This document shows positions 7,554 through 13,471 of a stretch of DNA of 13,471 nucleotides, piece after piece. The translations under genes were made by a program, and so were the position numbers. This DNA comes from Promethearchaeota archaeon (GTDB lineage: Archaea > Asgardarchaeota > Lokiarchaeia > Sigyniarchaeales > SOKP01): assembly GCA_048938895.1 (NCBI GenBank), contig JBHLLU010000083.1, positions 1 through 13,471 of the forward strand, read 5' to 3'. The notes under the pieces are model-generated. The model worked only from the letters and a program-made list of their open reading frames with translations. It ran no database searches and was not told the DNA's origin. Each line of letters starts with the position of its first letter. Position 1 is the stretch's first letter.

Positions 7554-9518
7554 ATGTCTCTTCCAAAACTAAATCAATTAACAAAAGCCGAGGAACTTTT
7601 TGATGATGGTAATCTTGAAGGGGCTCTTGAAATATTAAAAGATCCAAGTCAATATGAAGGTCTTGATCTACAACAAAAAAGTTATTTTCAGTTTCTTAGG
7701 GGATTAATTCTCTTCTATTTTAATAGAGGGGAAGATCTTACTAGTTTAGGAGAGATAATGTATAAAGAAGGTAAGGATCGTAATGATAATCTCCAATCTT
7801 TTGATGGATTCTATTTTATTATTACTGGATTAGCTCTAGCTGGTAAATATGAGGAGGCGTTCAAACTTTTTGAAAAAGCTGAGTCAGTATTAAAATCTAT
7901 ATCACTTGAGTCTAAAGAAATTATCACTCAAAGGAAAGCTCGTTTAAGTATAATAAAAGCTTTTGTCGGACTACGTGGAGGTAAAGTAGATTTGGTTGAG
8001 AAATCTTTAGTGTGGATCTTAGATTCCCAAGAAAAATTCGAAAAATCATTCGAAATCCCCTGGGCTAATCTGATAATGGCGAGTTATTTATTTAGAGTAA
8101 AAAGCAATTTTGATCTTACTAGGGAGCATATCAAAAAAGCATTATCTCTAGCAAAGGAAATAAAGTTTAATCATTACTGGATTGCTCTGTGTCACCTCTA
8201 TTTTGGAGGATATTATGCATCTATTGGTGAAATGGATAAAAGCCTGAAATATAATATAAAGAGTTTAGAATTATTTAAAAAAATAAAAAGTACGTTCAAT
8301 GTCGCAATTTTATTAGGTAATATGGGGGATATGTATCATGAAAGAGGCGAATATAAACTTGCTGTGGAACATTTAGAGGAGAGTTTATATCTTTTACAAC
8401 AACTTCCACAAGGTTTTGTTTCTATTGAAAACGTTATTGGGAGTTTAGTAATATTAGCTACTGAACATGGGGATAACGAGCGTACTCAAAAATATTTTCA
8501 ATGGTTAGAAGATTTTTATGATAAGAAAGACGTAGAAATTAAACTTGATTACAAATTTGCAAAAGCCCTAATTTTGAAAAAAAGTTCTAGAATCAGAGAT
8601 AAAGTAAAAGCAGAAGAATTAATTAAAGAGATTATAGAAACTGATACTATAGCTTTCGATCTTATTATCATGGCTTATATTCATCTTTGTGAGATACTTC
8701 TCATGGAATATCGTATTGATAATGATAGTGAGATTTTGGCTGAATTAAATCATTATATCGACAAATTATTAGCTATAGCAGAAAAGCAACACTCATATTT
8801 AGTTTTTTGTGAGACTTTCATACTTCAAGCTAGATTAGCTCTATTAAATTTTGATACAAAGTCAGCCAGACTGTTTTTGACTCAAGCACAAAAGATAGCA
8901 GAATCCTATAATATGAAACGCTTAGCTATGAAAATATCTTTTGAGCATGATGAATTACTTAAACAATTGAATTTATGGGAGAAGTTAAAAGAATCAGAAG
9001 CACCTTTAACTGAACGCTGGAAGTTCGCAGGATTAAGCAATCAAATGGAGAATATGGTAAGAAAACGAGCAATTGAGGCACCAGAACTTTCAGATGAGAA
9101 ACCCATTCTACTATTAATTTTATCTGAGGGAGGGAGAGCTTTATTATCTCACTCTTTTATAGAAGAAACATCAATTGATTCACAAATTTTTGGTGGTTTT
9201 TTAACAACAATCGATTATTTTATTAAGGAAATGTTTTCTGAGGGATTAGACCGTGCGGTTTTTGGTGAATATACTCTGGTTATGAAATCGATTACACCTT
9301 TTTATGTTTCCTATATATTTAAAGGTGATTCTTATTATGCGCTTCAAAAAACAGATTATTTTGTTCATCACATCAAGAAGGAGGGGGATATATGGCAAAA
9401 GTTGCTTAATTCATATGAAGTAAGTAAGTTTGTTCACCTAAAAGATATCCCTGTACTTGAATCTTTAATAACAGAAACCTTTACACCTAAAAGTCTAATT
9501 CAAAATTCTCTCATCTAA
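7554..9518 (+). CDS. TPR-repeat protein with C-terminal longin-like domain (654 aa)
   Basis: About 500 aa of MalT/Rap-type TPR helices (e.g. ALCHLYFGGYYASIGEMDKSLKYNIKSLEL, AILLGNMGDMYHERGEYKLAVEHLEESL). From ~9096 an alpha/beta domain, PILLLILSEGGRALLSHSF...DSQIFGGFLTTIDYFIKEMFSEGLDRAVFGEYTLVMK..FYVSYIFKG..., with the beta-beta-alpha-beta-beta-beta-alpha order of longin domains. Longin call is by pattern. Confidence 0.82.
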   Translation: MSLPKLNQLTKAEELFDDGNLEGALEILKDPSQYEGLDLQQKSYFQFLRGLILFYFNRGEDLTSLGEIMYKEGKDRNDNLQSFDGFYFIITGLALAGKYEEAFKLFEKAESVLKSISLESKEIITQRKARLSIIKAFVGLRGGKVDLVEKSLVWILDSQEKFEKSFEIPWANLIMASYLFRVKSNFDLTREHIKKALSLAKEIKFNHYWIALCHLYFGGYYASIGEMDKSLKYNIKSLELFKKIKSTFNVAILLGNMGDMYHERGEYKLAVEHLEESLYLLQQLPQGFVSIENVIGSLVILATEHGDNERTQKYFQWLEDFYDKKDVEIKLDYKFAKALILKKSSRIRDKVKAEELIKEIIETDTIAFDLIIMAYIHLCEILLMEYRIDNDSEILAELNHYIDKLLAIAEKQHSYLVFCETFILQARLALLNFDTKSARLFLTQAQKIAESYNMKRLAMKISFEHDELLKQLNLWEKLKESEAPLTERWKFAGLSNQMENMVRKRAIEAPELSDEKPILLLILSEGGRALLSHSFIEETSIDSQIFGGFLTTIDYFIKEMFSEGLDRAVFGEYTLVMKSITPFYVSYIFKGDSYYALQKTDYFVHHIKKEGDIWQKLLNSYEVSKFVHLKDIPVLESLITETFTPKSLIQNSLI

Positions 9519-9524
9519 AATTTT

Positions 9525-9545
9525 AAATTAGACAATATCTAATTT
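9525..9545. repeat. Perfect 8-bp inverted repeat (hairpin or dyad site) between the TPR-longin and GTPase genes
   Basis: AAATTAGA (9525-9532) - CAATA - TCTAATTT (9538-9545), running into a T5 tract. Confidence 0.45.
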
Positions 9546-9587
9546 TTCAATAGAAATACAAAATTAATTGAAATATAACATCAATTG

Positions 9588-10145
9588 ATGACTAATTTTC
9601 AAGAATTTGGATTTAAAATAGTAATAATAGGAGATGGGGGTGTTGGAAAAACATCCCTAATTAAGAAATTTACAAAAGGGACGTTTGAAAAAGATTATAT
9701 TAAAACAATAGGTGCCCAATTTTCAAGATATGATAAGAAAATTGATGGAGATATAATTAATCTAATCTTTTGGGATATTGCTGGTCAGGATGACTTTAAC
9801 TTTCTTCATCCCTTATTTTATAAAGAAAGTAAAGCAGGAATAATTGTATGTAGTCTTGAGGAAAATGATTTAGGGAAAGATAGCTTCACACATATAGAAA
9901 ATTGGCACAATCAATTAGAAAAATATTGTAATAATATTCCAGTTGTATTATTCGCGAATAAAGCAGACTTATTAGAGGATAACAATATTGATGAAATATA
10001 TATTCAAAACATTGCTGAAAAATTTAAGATTCTTGAGTTCTATATCACATCGGCGAAGACAGGACAAGGAGTAATAGAGGCATTTAATTCAATTATTAAT
10101 AAATTGTATTACAAATATAAAGTACTATCTTCTCTCGAAGATTAA
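9588..10145 (+). CDS. Rab-like small GTPase (Ras superfamily), 185 aa
   Basis: G1 GDGGVGKTS, G2 YIKTIG, G3 WDIAGQ, G4 NKAD, G5 TSAK. RabF1-like IGAQF and RabF4-like FYKES. No C-terminal Cys/CAAX. ATG at 9588 preferred over TTG 9585. Confidence 0.95.
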   Translation: MTNFQEFGFKIVIIGDGGVGKTSLIKKFTKGTFEKDYIKTIGAQFSRYDKKIDGDIINLIFWDIAGQDDFNFLHPLFYKESKAGIIVCSLEENDLGKDSFTHIENWHNQLEKYCNNIPVVLFANKADLLEDNNIDEIYIQNIAEKFKILEFYITSAKTGQGVIEAFNSIINKLYYKYKVLSSLED

Positions 10146-10169
10146 TATATCCTTTTGGAACTATCTAAT

Positions 10170-10442
10170 TTCTCAGAAGGACTTGACCGGGCGTTTTTGG
10201 CGAACATACTCTTTTAATGAACGCTCTAGAACCATTATTCATATGTTATATATTTAAAGGACAATCCTATCTAGCCCAAAAAAGGATTGGAGTTTTTGCC
10301 GATAAAATTCAGAGTGATCAGGAAATTTGGCAGGTCTTTGAAAAATTTTATCAGATGAATCAGAAAATAGAATTTAATTGCTCTTGAATCCCTCATAACG
10401 GATATATTTATCACCAAAAATATTGTACTTAGTGAATCATAA
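10170..10442 (+). pseudogene. 5'-truncated, doubly frameshifted remnant of a paralogous TPR-longin C-terminal domain
   Basis: Not in the ORF track. Reads FSEGLDRA (10170-10193) / 1-nt deletion at T5 10194-10198 / FGEHTLLMNALEPLFICYIFKGQSYLAQKRIGVFADKIQSDQEIWQVFEKFYQMNQKIEF / short deletion near 10378-10382 / LESLITDIFITKNIVLSES* (TAA 10440-10442). Colinear with 9234-9518 (FSEGLDRAVFGEYTLVM...YIFKGDSY...IWQ...LESLITETF). Confidence 0.88.
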
Positions 10443-10471
10443 CTACTTTTAGTTTCAATGCAGAATAGAAC

Positions 10472-10508
10472 AAAGAAAATATAAAAAAATAATAAAAAAA
10501 CTAAAAAA
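10472..10508 (-). terminator. Multiple oligo-T tracts on the minus strand, probable terminator of the beta-helix gene
   Basis: Consecutive A6-A7 runs on + (ataaaaaaataataaaaaaactaaaaaa) just beyond the stop at 10522. Confidence 0.5.
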
Positions 10509-10521
10509 GCGTTGTATAGAG

Positions 10522-12792
10522 TTATTGCTTCCTAAACGACAAGTTTTTAATTTTATCAAGTGATATCCTCCCTTTTCTAACAAGGTATACCAGAATCACA
10601 CCAATAATCGATAGTCCACCAAGGACGGAAACAACAACAATCACAGCAATAACTCCTGGATCTAAACCACTTGGCGCTCTTTGTTCAGCAATGGGTAGAT
10701 AATCTATACTTCCTGCCGTTCCACCTATGTAGATATATGGAGTATCCACAATTCCGTCTTTATCTTCATCTGGACCAGTATGATTATCCCAATAATTGCC
10801 TATTGTCGTACTATTCCATTTATTATCAGTTCCATTATCAACTGCGTGTTTCATGTTTGCTAAAAATAAGTTTTCATACACTGAATTGTTCTCAGAATTT
10901 GAATCAATAAATATACCTACATTGTTAGCCAATATGAGATTATCTATAATTAAATTAAACTTATCTCCCTCTCCTTCTTCATCACCAGCTAAATATATTC
11001 CAAATTGTATATTATCGCTGATGAAATTGCCTGAAATAATGTTGGAATCGCAACCAGAATCTAAATATATGCCTTTAGAATTATTGTTTATTGTATTTTC
11101 AGTAAAATTGTTTTTAATACAATATGACTCTACATAGATCCCAAATAATCCGTTATTTTCTATTGTGTTTTTTGAAATTATATTATGACTACCCTGATAT
11201 TCAACATTAATCCCTCTTTCTCCATTATTACTTATAGTATTATCCAAAAGTTTATTATATCCACAGTAATCATATAATTCTATCCCATAGAACCCATTAT
11301 TATTTGCGATATTTTCTCTGATGATTGTATTATTTGAATACCAATGCATCGAGATCCCAGCTTCACCATTCTGGTTTGCTGTATTATCAATGATTGTGTT
11401 ATTGCGGTTATCTTCATAAAAGTATATACCATAATCACCATTATTATTGACAGTGTTTCCTGAAAGTGTATTATTAGTACATCTATATGTTAAAGCTATT
11501 CCACCATACTCATTGTTCGAACAATTATTATTAATTAGCAAAGAATTATTCACAAATTCAAAATAGATACCATAGTCATCAGCATTGTAGATTTTGCAGT
11601 TACGAATTTCAAAAGAGACATTTGAGTCTCTAATTTCAATACCATAATACACAAATCCAAAACCACTTATTATGAGATCTTGAATAATAAATGGATCCTC
11701 CCATGTCCCTGAGCCAGAACACCAAATCTGACTAACTGCCCAGGTCCAATTATGTGCCCCAACACCAGTAGCATCACCATCAATGCTTATTGGTGTTTGA
11801 ACTGTTGGTAAACTACAATCGTTATTTAAAATTATATTGTTTGAAGAGGATTGTTCATAAATACAATAATTATTACCATTTAGCATGTTTTGAGTGACAT
11901 TAGTATAGAAAGTAGTTTGAAGGAATATACCTAAATCATTGCTGTTTATTATATTGTCCTTTATAACATTATTCAAGCAGAAGTATCGAAGATAGATCCC
12001 TATGAAGTTGTTATAATTTGCTGTATTTCCAGTGATATTATTCCATTCAGAATAATAAACATAAATTCCATTTTCTCGATTATAATTTGCAGTATTACCA
12101 ATTATTCGATTGTAATCACAATAATCTAAACGTAATCCATAAATCCTATTATTGTTAAGTGTATTTCCTGTAATATTGTTATAATGACAATTATCGAATA
12201 ATTGTACTCCATAGTTGTTGTCAATTGCCTCATTTCCAGTAAGATTATTATTATCGCAATATTGGTATAAAAATATTCCGTTTTGAGAGTTATAATTTGC
12301 TGTATTATCTAATATGGTGTTATTTTCACAATTTATATATAAGGTAATTCCGTTTCTTCCATTATTTGAGCATATATTATCAATTATTGTCCCATTGCAT
12401 GCATTGTCAAGTCTAATTCCTGCATCATAGCTTCCTGCTCCAGAATTGTATATAGTACAATTTCTAACTGTGAAATATTTATTTTTTGAATTTTCTATTA
12501 AGATTCCACTTCTTGTAGGTGAATTACTCGCATCAATAGTCACATTTTCAATTTTATATGGATTTTTCCATGTGCCATCACCACTGCACCAATCATAACT
12601 TGTTGTGGCACTCCAATTTCCAGGAATTGCCCCATCAATATGAATGAAATTAGCAGTATATCCTGCTGAAGTTTGTGGACTCTCTATAGAATTTCTATAA
12701 TCATTACTGGGATTGATTCTGTAATTCAGAATCAATGGGAATATGAGAGTAATAACCAATAAAATTATTAATTTAATATGTGTAGTTTTCAT
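10522..12792 (-). CDS. Membrane-anchored cell-surface protein with right-handed parallel beta-helix (NosD/CASH/PbH1) repeats, two duplicated modules (756 aa)
   Basis: N-terminal signal or anchor helix; many 22-24 aa repeats of GI.L....NN.I.GN.A.YN; NosD-type end GNYWDNHTGPDEDKDGIVDTPY; C-terminal TM helix (VIAVIVVVSVLGGLSIIGVILVYLV) with basic tail; many N-x-S/T sequons. Confidence 0.9.
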   Translation of the reverse strand: MKTTHIKLIILLVITLIFPLILNYRINPSNDYRNSIESPQTSAGYTANFIHIDGAIPGNWSATTSYDWCSGDGTWKNPYKIENVTIDASNSPTRSGILIENSKNKYFTVRNCTIYNSGAGSYDAGIRLDNACNGTIIDNICSNNGRNGITLYINCENNTILDNTANYNSQNGIFLYQYCDNNNLTGNEAIDNNYGVQLFDNCHYNNITGNTLNNNRIYGLRLDYCDYNRIIGNTANYNRENGIYVYYSEWNNITGNTANYNNFIGIYLRYFCLNNVIKDNIINSNDLGIFLQTTFYTNVTQNMLNGNNYCIYEQSSSNNIILNNDCSLPTVQTPISIDGDATGVGAHNWTWAVSQIWCSGSGTWEDPFIIQDLIISGFGFVYYGIEIRDSNVSFEIRNCKIYNADDYGIYFEFVNNSLLINNNCSNNEYGGIALTYRCTNNTLSGNTVNNNGDYGIYFYEDNRNNTIIDNTANQNGEAGISMHWYSNNTIIRENIANNNGFYGIELYDYCGYNKLLDNTISNNGERGINVEYQGSHNIISKNTIENNGLFGIYVESYCIKNNFTENTINNNSKGIYLDSGCDSNIISGNFISDNIQFGIYLAGDEEGEGDKFNLIIDNLILANNVGIFIDSNSENNSVYENLFLANMKHAVDNGTDNKWNSTTIGNYWDNHTGPDEDKDGIVDTPYIYIGGTAGSIDYLPIAEQRAPSGLDPGVIAVIVVVSVLGGLSIIGVILVYLVRKGRISLDKIKNLSFRKQ

Positions 12793-13001
12793 ATTCTTAT
12801 TCCTAAATTTATATAGGATATGAAGTAATAGGATGATTTACTATTTAATGATATAGATCCTTTTATTTTAATAATGATGTTGGATTGTAATAGATGAATT
12901 ATAATAAATGAACTATAAAGTATTTACCATAAAAGTATTTTATGTAAAATTCTAAGAATAAAAAAATTTATAGTCGAAAATGTAAAATTAAAATTAAGAT
13001 C

Positions 13002-13430
13002 ATGACAAATAATTATTTTCTTCCTGAAATTAACTTAATCGTAATGGCTTTAACTACGGTATTTTATACATTGGGATGTGTTTTTTATGGAAATAAAAGA
13101 TTTTCAAAAAAGTGGCACTTCAAATTTTCATTTACGGGATGGATTGGTACATTAATATTTTTTCTAATATATATGCTTCAACGTAGTTTGGTGGGAAGTT
13201 TATCAGCACCATCATATTTGGATGGACTATATATTCCCTCCCTAATCATACACATGATAACAGCTACAATAACGTTGATCCTTCCGGCAGTATTATTAAT
13301 AATTGGAATTTTACAAAGAAAAGAAAAAACTCAAAAAAGCATGAAAAAAATAGGGAATGTTAATGTAATACTTTGGTATATAACTTTTATCAGCGGGATT
13401 ATTATTTATCTTTGTCTTCATATTCTATAA
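13002..13430 (+). CDS. DUF420 (YozB)-like four-helix membrane protein (142 aa)
   Basis: Four hydrophobic segments with KKWH after TM1, LIIH in TM3 and KKIG...LWYITFISGIIIY in TM4, resembling the DUF420 pattern. Confidence 0.7.
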   Translation: MTNNYFLPEINLIVMALTTVFYTLGCVFYGNKRFSKKWHFKFSFTGWIGTLIFFLIYMLQRSLVGSLSAPSYLDGLYIPSLIIHMITATITLILPAVLLIIGILQRKEKTQKSMKKIGNVNVILWYITFISGIIIYLCLHIL

Positions 13431-13471
13431 TTTTAAAGATTTTTCTTCTTCTTATTGTAAATTATAAAAAT

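Noticed and set aside
10155-10164. TTGGAACTAT identical to 6621-6630, as a second operator
   Set aside because: A single 10-mer match over 13 kb of AT-rich DNA is expected by chance, and there is no intact gene start downstream.
10191-10201. Programmed frameshift or readthrough fusing the GTPase to the downstream longin remnant
   Set aside because: The GTPase ends in a clean TAA, the remnant lacks the domain's N-terminal half and would need two separate shifts, and no canonical slippery heptamer is present.
9234-10442. 9234-9518 / 10170-10442 pair as a diversity-generating retroelement VR/TR
   Set aside because: Differences involve all four bases, are largely synonymous in conserved blocks and include indels. 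They are not adenine-specific, and no reverse transcriptase is present.
10671-11137. 79-aa and 113-aa + strand ORFs
   Set aside because: Antisense shadows of the beta-helix gene.
11990-12330. Spaced DNA repeats (TATAATTTGC.GTATT) as a CRISPR array
   Set aside because: They are short, degenerate, in-frame coding repeats (NTANYN) of the beta-helix protein; no cas genes.
10522-12792. Assigning gene symbol nosD
   Set aside because: The fold family is shared, but size, duplication, membrane anchor and the absence of nosZ/F/Y argue against orthology.
12917-12940. AAAGTATTT direct repeat (15-bp period) in the divergent gap
   Set aside because: Short and very AT-rich; cannot be distinguished from background.

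Overview
AT-rich archaeal-type window, most consistent with an Asgard archaeon (Lokiarchaeia/Promethearchaeota-like). This assignment is inferred from gene content: a Rab-like small GTPase without a prenylation tail, a TPR protein with a longin-like C-terminal domain, a multi-winged-helix/TPR protein and a NosD-type beta-helix surface protein. Gene order: 3' end of an EamA/DMT transporter; small basic coiled-coil ORF; heterodimeric type IV ABC exporter pair (minus strand); an unlisted 41-aa CxxC-x17-CxxC zinc-finger microprotein; a tandem wHTH-TPR regulator divergent from a putative lipoprotein; a TPR-longin-like protein; a Rab-like GTPase; an unlisted frameshifted remnant of a second longin-like paralog; a two-module beta-helix surface protein; a DUF420-like membrane protein. 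The most interesting part is the 4.6-10.4 kb block, where the GTPase sits between an intact and a decayed longin-like sequence and is bracketed by a 10-bp direct repeat. No rRNA, tRNA, CRISPR array or transposase was recognised. All family calls are by eye from motifs; no searches were run.
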